A stretch of 64,000 bases of DNA from Verrucomicrobiia bacterium (GCA_036269115.1 DATAST010000208.1:2431-66430); one strand, 5' to 3'; shown: positions 45,515 to 53,628, counted from the first letter of the stretch. The notes: generated by a model not told the origin, from the letters alone. Numbers and translations are program-made.

Positions 45515-45603
45515 TCAGAGCCTCAAAGCTTTGGAGCTGCTACGCCGCATAAATCGTAAATTGGAGGATGACGATGACAATGACGATGAGGATGAGAATG
45601 ATT
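45515..45603 (+). repeat. Composite dispersed repeat, copy A: hairpin-GCTGCTACG, then 1.7x CGTAAAT, then a (GATGAN)n-GAGAATGATT tract
   Basis: The sequence is tcagagcctcaaagctttggagctgctacgccgcataaatcgtaaattggaggatgacgatgacaatgacgatgaggatgagaatgatt. It shares its modules with 50201-50361. Confidence 0.75.
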
Positions 45604-45651
45604 AAAGCTTATGGGTGGGCGGCACGCGTGGTAGTGGCAACATAATTTTGA

Positions 45652-45960
45652 CTACACATACCCCTGTTTCCAAGGTTCCTTCAGCAAGCCGTCAACATCT
45701 CCAGCAACAAGCCGTCTCCAAAATTCAATAACCCGTTCTTTAGAAACTGGAATCATGTGTCGTTCTCCTCCGTCTCTAAGATGTTCCATTATCAAACGGC
45801 CATCGCGATGTGCGGATACGCACCATCCTGTGTCATCATTTACAACAGCGACACTCCCATCCACGATGCCCGAGGAAGTCAATTCGTCGAATAGCTCAGG
45901 AAGAGTTTCCAAAGGAGGATCATCTTCGCCCGACGCATCCATGTGCATTACGTGAAACAT
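45652..45960 (-). CDS. Small acidic cytosolic protein, unknown function (103 aa)
   Basis: I chose the ATG at 45960 (MFHVMHMDASGEDDPP ...). The longer track ORF would run through the hipB promoter. Confidence 0.45.
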   Translation of the reverse strand: MFHVMHMDASGEDDPPLETLPELFDELTSSGIVDGSVAVVNDDTGWCVSAHRDGRLIMEHLRDGGERHMIPVSKERVIEFWRRLVAGDVDGLLKEPWKQGYV

Positions 45961-46010
45961 GTTGCCTCTAATTTTAAATAATAACAGAATAATATGTGTT
46001 ATACCCGATA

Positions 46011-46039
46011 TTGACAAATTATCGTTTTTAGCGCATAAA
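46011..46039 (+). promoter_or_regulatory. Sigma-70-like promoter candidate for hipBA (TTGACA-17 nt-CATAAA)
   Basis: TTGACA at 46011-46016, a 17-nt spacer, and CATAAA at 46034-46039. The hipB ATG at 46046 would sit at about +1, which implies a leaderless or near-leaderless mRNA. Confidence 0.4.
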
Positions 46040-46045
46040 TCAGGC

Positions 46046-46279
46046 ATGAATGATCTTGCTCGCGATCCGAAACAGATTGGGAATATCATTCGCCGCGCCC
46101 GAAAGCAGCGCGCGCTAAGTCAGAAGGAGCTTGGCGACCGGACGGGCCTGCGGCAAGAAACGATTTCCTTGATTGAGAACGGCAACTCCGCCGCCCGGAT
46201 TGAGACGCTTTTAGCCGTGCTCGCCGCGCTTGATCTCGAATTTCAAATAGCCGCCCGTTCCACAGGAAATTATTTCTGA
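46046..46279 (+). CDS. hipB: XRE-family HTH antitoxin HipB
   Basis: IGNIIRRARKQRALSQKELGDRTGLRQETISLIENGN (Cro/C1 HTH). Its stop overlaps the hipA ATG (TGATG). Confidence 0.8.
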   Translation: MNDLARDPKQIGNIIRRARKQRALSQKELGDRTGLRQETISLIENGNSAARIETLLAVLAALDLEFQIAARSTGNYF

Positions 46280-47586
46280 TGCCACGCAAGCGCCAATATG
46301 TACCGTTGCGAGTTCTTCTCAACAACGTGCCTGTCGGGCAACTTCAAAAAGAGCCCGGCGGGGCTATTTCTTTTCATTATGATGAAAGGTGGCTGTCGAG
46401 GGAAAATCCCATTCCCGTTTCTCTTTCCCTGCCACTGCGAGAGGATGCGTATCGGGGATTGGCTGTCAGCGCTGTTTTCGACAACCTTCTGCCGGATTCC
46501 GAAGCACTTAGACAACGGGTAGCGGAACAAGTCGGGGCAGACGGCACCGACGCTTACAGCCTCTTATCGCAAATTGGCCGGGAGTGCGTGGGAGCCTTGC
46601 AATTTGTCCCCGAAGGCATCGCCAACAACAAACCCGCTTCAGAAATTGACGGCAGATCCGTCAGCGAGAAAGAAATCGAAGCACTGCTAATTAATCTGGC
46701 CCGGGCGCCGCTCGGCCTTGACCGAGAACAGGATTTTCGCATCTCCGTTGCTGGCGCACAGGAAAAGACCGCCCTGTTGCGATACGAAGGAAAATGGCTG
46801 AAGCCTTTTGGAACCACACCCACGACCCATATTCTGAAGACACAGATCGGCACGTTACCTAACGGAATGGACTTGTCCAATAGTGTGGAAAATGAATATT
46901 ACTGCCTGAAATTCCTAGGTGCCTTTGGGCTGCCCGTGAACTCAGCGGAGATCACGACGTTCGGCAAAACCAAAGCATTGGTGATCGAGCGTTTTGACCG
47001 AAGATGGGTCGGAACCGATCGGATTCTCCGCCTACCCCAGGAGGATTTCTGCCAGGCTCTGTCTTGTCCTCCCACCCGAAAATACCAGGGCGAAGGAGGG
47101 CCGGTGATGGTTGACATTCTCGAATTCTTAAAGGCTGCTGACGCACCCGCAGAAGACCAGAAACTCTTCTTGAAGGCGCAGATTTTGTTTTGGTTAATTG
47201 CGGCGACGGATGGGCATGCGAAGAACTTCAGCGTATTTCTCGGCCCGCAGGGACGCTTCCGCCTCACACCGCTCTATGATGTGCTGAGCGCGCAGCCAAG
47301 CCTTAATGCCCGGCAGATTGAGTGCAAACAAATGAAATTGGCCATGTCGGTCGGGCGAAGCCGTCACTATCGGATTGAGGAAATCCACGGACATCATTTT
47401 GTTCAGACAGCGGAAGCCGCCGGCTTACCCGGAGCGAGAGCAACTGATGCAATAAGAGAGATTATGGAGGCAGCGCCGGGTGCGATGAAAGCAATTGAAA
47501 AAGGCTTGCCGCAAGGCTTTCCGAAAAAAATTCACACCTCGATAACCGCTGCCCTGGCCAATCGTCTTAAACGAATCGAAATCTGA
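46279..47586 (+). CDS. hipA: HipA-family serine/threonine kinase toxin
   Basis: HipA N-terminal coupling domain, RISVAGAQEKTALL, and the catalytic ATDGHAKNFSVFL (DxHxKN). Confidence 0.85.
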   Translation: MPRKRQYVPLRVLLNNVPVGQLQKEPGGAISFHYDERWLSRENPIPVSLSLPLREDAYRGLAVSAVFDNLLPDSEALRQRVAEQVGADGTDAYSLLSQIGRECVGALQFVPEGIANNKPASEIDGRSVSEKEIEALLINLARAPLGLDREQDFRISVAGAQEKTALLRYEGKWLKPFGTTPTTHILKTQIGTLPNGMDLSNSVENEYYCLKFLGAFGLPVNSAEITTFGKTKALVIERFDRRWVGTDRILRLPQEDFCQALSCPPTRKYQGEGGPVMVDILEFLKAADAPAEDQKLFLKAQILFWLIAATDGHAKNFSVFLGPQGRFRLTPLYDVLSAQPSLNARQIECKQMKLAMSVGRSRHYRIEEIHGHHFVQTAEAAGLPGARATDAIREIMEAAPGAMKAIEKGLPQGFPKKIHTSITAALANRLKRIEI

Positions 47587-47610
47587 ATATCGTCGTTCGC
47601 ATTCTATGGT

Positions 47611-48537
47611 TCAGATGTGTCTGCTTGCTGTCACGTTTACTTCTCTATATTCGTTCAATGGCACCAACGGTGGTAATCCAGAAGGTGCTTTGATACAGGG
47701 CATTGCTTCAATGACTGTCACTCTGTTCACTTCTGCCAGCGTGGAGGCGTCGGTTTGTTCCCCGTCAGAAGCTGCTGCGGCCAGAGGCGCAAGTGGGTCA
47801 AGAAACCGGTATTCTTCGGATGACCGGGCCTCGGTTGTGAGTTCAACAAATCGAGACCCAATGTCAACGAAGCGGGCTTGAACGTGTCGAAGGTAATCTG
47901 AAAACCGCGCCCGATTCAGCGCGACTCGAATGTCCCGATCAAACTTTGCCGCCAACCAGACCATGCAAACGCAAACGCTTTGAAACAATTTGGATTCCCG
48001 CACATCGTCCAGATCCGGCGCAAGATGGTCCTCGGTATTGCGGAAGCGAACCGTCCAACCTACCTGTTCCTTGAAGCCCGGTTTCCCCGGCAAATCGGTT
48101 GGCGGAAATTGTTGCCAAGGACGGAGCGACCACGCTTTAAGTTCGGCGTCCTCAGCCAGTTTGAGTTCTTTGAGAACCTCCGCCAACGTGAAGCGATTGC
48201 GAAGGGTCGCAACCAACGAAGAGTATTGGGCGGGAAATGCAAGCCGAAGCACGAACTTCGCAAAAGGTTCAAACCGGTCCGCAACCTTGACGTGCTCTCG
48301 ATTACGACACCGCTTTCTAAAGCACTCCAAAACCTGCTGCCCGATTCTATCCAGATTTGCGTCGTCAATTCTATGATCCAGCAAGTCGAACAGCAGGGCG
48401 ACTGCATTTTGCACCTCCGTATCGGTAAGTTTGGGCGAACAGGAAGCCTGGAACACCGGCAAAACCTCGCGTAGAACGAATGCTTTCAAATCGGCATCCT
48501 CTTGTCCGTGGTTTTGCACTGCAATGAATTCGCTCAT
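47611..48537 (-). CDS. HEPN-motif (RNxxxH) protein, possibly the truncated N-terminal effector part of a larger defence NTPase
   Basis: VRFRNTEDHLAP matches the R-x4-H HEPN catalytic motif in a helical context. The last ~30 codons read antisense through a GloVer fragment, which suggests a non-native C-terminus. Confidence 0.4.
   Translation of the reverse strand: MSEFIAVQNHGQEDADLKAFVLREVLPVFQASCSPKLTDTEVQNAVALLFDLLDHRIDDANLDRIGQQVLECFRKRCRNREHVKVADRFEPFAKFVLRLAFPAQYSSLVATLRNRFTLAEVLKELKLAEDAELKAWSLRPWQQFPPTDLPGKPGFKEQVGWTVRFRNTEDHLAPDLDDVRESKLFQSVCVCMVWLAAKFDRDIRVALNRARFSDYLRHVQARFVDIGSRFVELTTEARSSEEYRFLDPLAPLAAAASDGEQTDASTLAEVNRVTVIEAMPCIKAPSGLPPLVPLNEYREVNVTASRHI
47630..47701 (+). pseudogene. 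Fragment of a GloVer-type (choice-of-anchor tandem repeat) gene
   Basis: The plus-frame translation VTFTSLYSFNGTNGGNPEGALIQG matches the first half of a GloVer repeat (LYSF-x-G-xxG-xxP-xxx-LIQG) and then breaks off. It is antisense to the tail of the 47611-48537 ORF. Confidence 0.45.
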
Positions 48538-48686
48538 TTCTCATCGCTCCCGAAAGGTTTGAACTCATCCCTCCGGTCGCTTCTCCAGGAACGTTGGCAT
48601 ATTTGCCGGCATAGCTGGTTTCTTTTCATGGCAAAAGTATGCCGCCCTCTTGCAGTCTTGGCAACTGTCCGTCTTGCCGGCAACAA

Positions 48687-48710
48687 CATTTGTCTTGCCA
48701 ACGACAAATG
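48687..48710. promoter_or_regulatory. Perfect inverted repeat CATTTGTC-N8-GACAAATG within an array of four GTCTTG direct repeats (operator candidate)
   Basis: GTCTTG occurs at 48655, 48671, 48692 and 48714, giving spacings of 16, 21 and 22 nt. The site lies in the divergent intergenic region between 47611-48537(-) and 48891(+). Confidence 0.35.
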
Positions 48711-48890
48711 CTCGTCTTGTTAATCGCAGCTTTCGGTTTCGGCATCCCGCGCGAACTTTTGTCATCAAGTTTCTTTGCCAGGGTCAGTGCTTCTGTTATC
48801 TTTTCAACTATCGGTGGAAGGGATAATACGGAAATTTTGAATACTAAAGCGTGCATACAGTGATGCCGCGGAAGAAAACAAGAGGAGATT

Positions 48891-49184
48891 ATGCAAAACA
48901 ACGATAAACCCCTGCCGGGAATTGATGTGCTCAATACGGGCTACGGAGATTTTGAATTGCGCTTTGACCCCAATAAGCCGGATGAGGTTCAAAAGGCCAA
49001 AGAGACCATTACTGATATGCTTAAACGCGGCTATGCCATTTTTGTGCGACAGGGTCAGGAAACTTTCCGCGTCCGCAAATTTGATGCCAATAAAAATGTT
49101 TACATTATCGGCAGCACACCGGCCGAGGAAGTCTCGGTAGCAGGAACCACGGCAATTGCGGTAGGCCGTTCAGCCGGGGGCTAA
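48891..49184 (+). CDS. Small protein (97 aa) ending in Gly-Gly; possible beta-grasp/ubiquitin-like fold
   Basis: Clean ORF whose C-terminus is ...AIAVGRSAGG followed by the stop. By eye the strand-helix-strand pattern is GDFELRF / PDEVQKAKETITDMLKRG / YAIFVRQG / ETFRVRKF / NVYIIG. The next gene starts 1 nt after the stop. Confidence 0.5.
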   Translation: MQNNDKPLPGIDVLNTGYGDFELRFDPNKPDEVQKAKETITDMLKRGYAIFVRQGQETFRVRKFDANKNVYIIGSTPAEEVSVAGTTAIAVGRSAGG

Positions 49185-49185
49185 A

Positions 49186-49938
49186 ATGGGAGATGAAGCA
49201 AAGGCGGAAATTGGTAAGGACCTGCTCACTTTAGATCAAGCTTCCCGCCAGCTGGCAAAAGATAGTCTGAGTCGGCAGGACTGGTCCGGATTGCCAATTC
49301 CCGTCCCTGGTTTGTCACTGGTGCTTGAACCGCGCTACAAGCATAAATGCCTGGAGGAATTTCGCTGGAAGGAGTGCTACGACGAGAATGGCACCCGCCA
49401 CGAAATTCCTGAAGAATCGCCGCCCCAGCCATCTGAATTTAGAAGGATCAATTCCTGGTGGAGCGACAGATATCACGCGACCATTATTGTATTGCAGGAT
49501 AATCAGGGACGCGCCCGGTTAGGCATCCAGCCGGAAAACAGCTTGTCGTTTACCCTTCGGACATTGGAAGCTGCGGCTGCATGGCCCGTCGAGGCCGAGC
49601 AAAAGGCCCAGACGAAACTCGCCAGTCTCATTCCCAAGAATTTATTCGAGTTATATCAACTGACTGGTCATTTTTCCGAAACAAGCAAGCGCAGCAATGT
49701 CACCTACTTGTTCCGCAGGTGCCGTCCAACCATTGCGATGCGTGAGAGCGAAGAGATTGCCTATTGGTTGTGCGCCCTTTGCCTGCACCCGATCGGCTAT
49801 TATGGCGACACTTGGGCCGGGGTCATGTGTCCAACTGATGAGGTTATAGCACATCTATTGATGATGCGCGGTTCCGAAGAAAAGTTTTGGGCAAACGCGA
49901 ATCAACATCCGCTCGACCATCCAGCTGCGGGAGTGTAG
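49186..49938 (+). CDS. Unknown 250-aa protein with a C-terminal Cys/His cluster (CALCLHP-x11-C)
   Basis: Translationally coupled to 48891-49184. Contains WLCALCLHPIGYYGDTWAGVMCPTDEV. No family is recognisable by eye. Confidence 0.5.
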   Translation: MGDEAKAEIGKDLLTLDQASRQLAKDSLSRQDWSGLPIPVPGLSLVLEPRYKHKCLEEFRWKECYDENGTRHEIPEESPPQPSEFRRINSWWSDRYHATIIVLQDNQGRARLGIQPENSLSFTLRTLEAAAAWPVEAEQKAQTKLASLIPKNLFELYQLTGHFSETSKRSNVTYLFRRCRPTIAMRESEEIAYWLCALCLHPIGYYGDTWAGVMCPTDEVIAHLLMMRGSEEKFWANANQHPLDHPAAGV

Positions 49939-50200
49939 TTTCAGGATGACCGGCACGCCCTTTTTCGTTTGCGAGGTTTTTTGCCATCCCGCACCACGCG
50001 GCCGTATTCCGCCACCCGCGCCTTGCCGGTCTGGACGCCCTGGCTTTTCAGCAGGAGCGCAATTGTCCTGTAGGATGCTTGCATGGAACGCCATTCCACA
50101 ATTTATCGAAATGGCTTGAGATATTAAAACAAAACGCGCCACGGATTGGGCTTAAAGGTTTTAATCGCCTCATTCAATGGTTTGTAACGCCACCCGCCTT

Positions 50201-50361
50201 CAGTCCGAGCCTGAAAGTTTTGGGGCTGCTACGCCGCGTAAATCGTAAATCGTAAATCGTAAATCGTAAATCGTAAATCGTAAATCGTAAATCGTAAATC
50301 GTAAATCGTAAATCGTAAATCGTAAATCGTAAATTCGAAGATGAGGATGAGAATGATTGAC
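50201..50361 (+). repeat. Composite dispersed repeat, copy B (hairpin-GCTGCTACG, 14x CGTAAAT, GATGAG tract-GAGAATGATT)
   Basis: The sequence cagtccgagcctgaaagttttggggctgctacgccg, then (cgtaaat)14, then tcgaagatgaggatgagaatgattgac has the same module order as 45515-45603. Confidence 0.8.
50237..50334. repeat. Perfect 14-copy heptanucleotide tandem repeat (CGTAAAT)14
   Basis: 98 nt counted directly, with no interruptions. Confidence 0.95.
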
Positions 50362-50476
50362 TATTTCACTTCAAAATTCAATTGCAGGACGGCGGAGTTT
50401 TTGCTTCATCATCTGCATGCACCAGCAGGCTGTGAGCGCCATTGCCCAGACCGTTTAGATCAATATCGAAGGTTTC
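50361..50476 (-). pseudogene. Duplicated 3'-terminal fragment (~38 codons) of the beta-propeller gene 51218-53584
   Basis: 50331-50476 aligns with 51188-51334 at roughly 85-90% identity by eye, with a 1-nt indel. The aligned segment includes the stop codon and the downstream repeat tract. Confidence 0.7.
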
Positions 50477-50692
50477 GTTCCTGGAAAACAAAGGCTCATA
50501 TTATCGCGCATAACGGAATGCGCCATCCTAATAATATTTTTCGAACAATTTGACGGTACTCCGCCACAATGTTCCCACGAACGTGCCTGGGATGAATGGC
50601 TGGAAGCTCGAAAGGAATTCGTGAAATCCGGAATCCTAAGGCCTAAGCCGTATCTTAATAAGTTTTCGATTGCGCGAGGAAGCTAGCGTTTT

Positions 50693-50959
50693 TCATGCCT
50701 GACTCAACCAATCCAAGGCCCGCCGCGTGGTTGCTTCATAACTCGACTCTTGTGTCTCGGTGCTGGCATACTCTTCGCCAGACGAAAAACACTCGACATA
50801 AATTTCAGGCTCACCCCCATAAATCTCAACTGCCCGCCCGTGTTGCTCCGCAAAAATGAAACGAGCGACTCCATCGCCGCGAATAGAAACTGAACAGCCG
50901 GCACTTGTCAGAGCCTCGGCAACCTGCTCCAATTGCTTATGGTAATCTTCGTTTGTCAT
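50693..50959 (-). CDS. Small acidic hypothetical protein (88 aa)
   Basis: I chose the ATG at 50959 (MTNEDYHKQLEQVAEAL ...). The longer track ORF adds a non-coding-looking extension. Confidence 0.4.
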   Translation of the reverse strand: MTNEDYHKQLEQVAEALTSAGCSVSIRGDGVARFIFAEQHGRAVEIYGGEPEIYVECFSSGEEYASTETQESSYEATTRRALDWLSQA

Positions 50960-51217
50960 AACGCATCTTGATACGCTTAACGCTCCAAAGTTGAGCCACA
51001 CTGTGAAGAACCGCAAGCGCGGAATTATGACAGACAAAGCGACGGTAAAATCAAACCCATGGGCCTGCTGGCTGCTGGCGGCGACGCTGGACAATGAAAC
51101 GCCTTGTTGCTACTGTATCTCAGGCGATAGAATCAGGCTGCGAAAACCAGCGAGATTAACTATTATAATAGGAGGTCGAAGTTGATTAAATTCGACGATG
51201 AGAATGAGAATGATTGA

Positions 51218-53584
51218 CTATTTCACCTCAAAATTCAATTGGAGGACGGCGGTGTTTTTTGCTTCATCGTCTGCATGCACGAGCAGGCTATGGGCGCCTT
51301 TGCCCAGGCCGTTTAGATCGATATCGAAGGTTTCATTTTTTGAATCGAAAATCATGTCTTCGGGCCGCAAGGCAACGTCTTCCTTGCCGTCCAGCGAATA
51401 GCTGGCCGAGACAATCACACTGGCCGGGTCAGCGACATTAACGACGATTCGGCTGTGACCACCGCGTTTGACGGTTTGGCTTTGAACGGTCAGAACGGGC
51501 GCAGAATTGTCTATCAGGAACGGCTCGCTAATGGCCTCGGCGCTACGCGCGGTTTGCGGCGTGTTGGCTAGACGGTCAGACGCGGTGATTTTGATCAAGT
51601 AATACCCCCCGCGAAAGCCGGTGGTATCGAATGAATAAAAAGTGTCGTCCGTTTTATCTTCGAGCGTGGTCCATTGGCTATCGGATTCGGCGCGGATCGA
51701 GACGGAATAGGTCAGCTTGTCGTCATTGGGATCTTTGGCTTCCCAAACCACGGTGCAATAGGCGGGGCGCGGCGTGGTCTGTAATGGCGGTTGTGCCATC
51801 AGGGCCAGGATCACTTCGGCAGCGCGGCTGGGCTTTGATCCACTACCGCCGTCGAGCAACTCATTCATGCTTGCCGGCGGCATGCCCATGTTCGGCATGG
51901 GCATTTTGACGACGCTGAAACCTTCATTATGAACGCGGACGCGCGAGATGACCGGCGGCGCGTTGAGGTTTTGATAATAAAATTCCATTTGCCGCAACTG
52001 CGCTGTGGCGCCGGGCGAACCGGCATCACGCTTGAACGAAACGCGATATTGCAGATAACGCGCCTCGGGGTTCGTGACCGCGATTTCCGGCGCCAAAGGC
52101 TGCGGCGACGACCAGTCGCTCCACGTCTTTTGCGGTTTTGGAGTATTGCCGGTACGGGTCATGAATTCCAATTTCGTGCCGTTTGGAACATCGCCCAAAG
52201 GATGCAGGCGTCCCCATTGGCTGTTCTGCTTCGCGTCAAAGACCGTGGACGTATAGGTACCGCTCCCGGCCAGCGAAAGATCGAGCCGATAAATATTCCC
52301 GGGGTTGCTGGTGGCAGCATAAACCTTGTCCGACTTGTCGCGATCCTTCAGCAACACGGCCACTTGCGCGCCATCGCTGGTTTTCTGCAACAGCCGCCAA
52401 TGGTTGGCGTCCTTGATTTCGTAGAGCCGGCCCTTTTCGCCGGTGCCGGCCATGAGCGTGCCGTCAGGGAGCAAAAGCATTGAATAAATCGCTTCGCCGC
52501 CAACACTCCAGTAATGTTCGCTAAAACCGTTGGTGCTAATGCGATAAATCGCGCCATACGATTTTCCGTCGTCCGCGCCCCCGCCCGCGTCAGTTGAAGT
52601 GTCGCCGGATGATATTCCTCCGATGGTCAATACGGCATCGCCCCCGTCGTTGTTTTCCGCCCCGGATGATTCGGTTCGGTGTCCACGCTTTAGCGTGTCA
52701 ATTCCGGCGCCAATTTTCATTCCGCCTCCGCCCATCTCTCCTCCGGCTGACGAAATCGCGATGGTGACGGGACCTTCATCTGAAGATTCGCCGGGTTTGG
52801 GACTCGACAAAAAAGTTGAGGCGTAAATAACGCCATCGGGCGCGACGACGATTTGTTTGATTTCTTTCTCGTCGGAATTGAACAGCACAAAACCGTGGCC
52901 GGCCTTGTCAATGCGGTAGAGATAGCCGTGCGGGCTTGAACCCGCCAGCAGATTGCCGTCGTTGTCCAGTGCGAGCGTCGTGATATTGGCCTCTTTGGTC
53001 TCAAAAAATGTGTCCGCTTTGGCGGGAGCCGAACCGGACCCGCGCACGCGCAGGATTTTTCCATGGTCGCCGGTCGCAAGATACAAAGCCCCATCGTTGC
53101 CAAAGGCCATCGCCCATATGTAGGTTTCGCCGGGATTGCAAAAGACTTCGGCGCGGCCATCGGAATCCAGGCGATAAACAGTCCCATTGGGTGATGTCGC
53201 GGCGTAAAGACGTCCATCGCCATCAATCGCCAGCGCATGGACCATGACCGCGTTTGGATCAAAAAACGTGGAAAGCTCTCCCTTCGGGGTCAGTTTGTAA
53301 ACTTTACCCTGATTACCTGTTCCGAAATAAATATTTCCCTTTTTGTCCTGCACCGCGGCCCAAATGATGGGATCGGTGACGCCGGCCGCGGCGGTCAGAT
53401 TCGTAATCGCGGGCGCCAGTTCGAGGTGGCCCTCGCTGGTGAGGCTGATGTTATCAAATTCGCCGCCCCTGAAGTCGTCGAACGAATCGTGAGTAACTTT
53501 TTGAGTAACCACGGCGCGGACGCCAGTGGCAAAAAATGGCGCGGCGAGGAGGACGGCGACTAGAAAGGCTTGGGTGGGTTTCAT
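51218..53584 (-). CDS. Secreted beta-propeller repeat protein with a Gly-rich linker and C-terminal Ig-like domains
   Basis: Signal peptide MKPTQAFLVAVLLAAPFFATGVRA. Blade motifs recur (GNIYFGTGNQGKVYKL, GRLYAATSPNGTVYRL, GALYLATGDHGKILRV, DGVIYAST). The C-terminal half is beta-sandwich-like. Confidence 0.65.
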   Translation of the reverse strand: MKPTQAFLVAVLLAAPFFATGVRAVVTQKVTHDSFDDFRGGEFDNISLTSEGHLELAPAITNLTAAAGVTDPIIWAAVQDKKGNIYFGTGNQGKVYKLTPKGELSTFFDPNAVMVHALAIDGDGRLYAATSPNGTVYRLDSDGRAEVFCNPGETYIWAMAFGNDGALYLATGDHGKILRVRGSGSAPAKADTFFETKEANITTLALDNDGNLLAGSSPHGYLYRIDKAGHGFVLFNSDEKEIKQIVVAPDGVIYASTFLSSPKPGESSDEGPVTIAISSAGGEMGGGGMKIGAGIDTLKRGHRTESSGAENNDGGDAVLTIGGISSGDTSTDAGGGADDGKSYGAIYRISTNGFSEHYWSVGGEAIYSMLLLPDGTLMAGTGEKGRLYEIKDANHWRLLQKTSDGAQVAVLLKDRDKSDKVYAATSNPGNIYRLDLSLAGSGTYTSTVFDAKQNSQWGRLHPLGDVPNGTKLEFMTRTGNTPKPQKTWSDWSSPQPLAPEIAVTNPEARYLQYRVSFKRDAGSPGATAQLRQMEFYYQNLNAPPVISRVRVHNEGFSVVKMPMPNMGMPPASMNELLDGGSGSKPSRAAEVILALMAQPPLQTTPRPAYCTVVWEAKDPNDDKLTYSVSIRAESDSQWTTLEDKTDDTFYSFDTTGFRGGYYLIKITASDRLANTPQTARSAEAISEPFLIDNSAPVLTVQSQTVKRGGHSRIVVNVADPASVIVSASYSLDGKEDVALRPEDMIFDSKNETFDIDLNGLGKGAHSLLVHADDEAKNTAVLQLNFEVK

Positions 53585-53600
53585 TTGGTTTTGGGGTTAG

Positions 53601-53628
53601 TCAGAGCCTCCTCACGTCGGCTGCTACG
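53601..53628 (+). repeat. Hairpin-GCTGCTACG dispersed repeat unit
   Basis: tcagagcctcctcacgtcggctgctacg has the same 5' TCAGAGC and 3' GCTGCTACG ends as 45515, 50201 and 53707. Confidence 0.7.

Noticed and set aside
49855-50142. 95-aa minus-strand ORF downstream of the 250-aa gene.
   Set aside because: It has low-complexity Gly/Arg/Pro-rich composition and overlaps the convergent gene end. A different frame of the same strand (49941-50084) gives a more protein-like 47-aa HTH-like peptide, but that is too short and isolated to call as a gene.
50237-50334. Possible CRISPR array.
   Set aside because: It is a contiguous 7-nt tandem repeat with no spacers. No cas genes are in the window.
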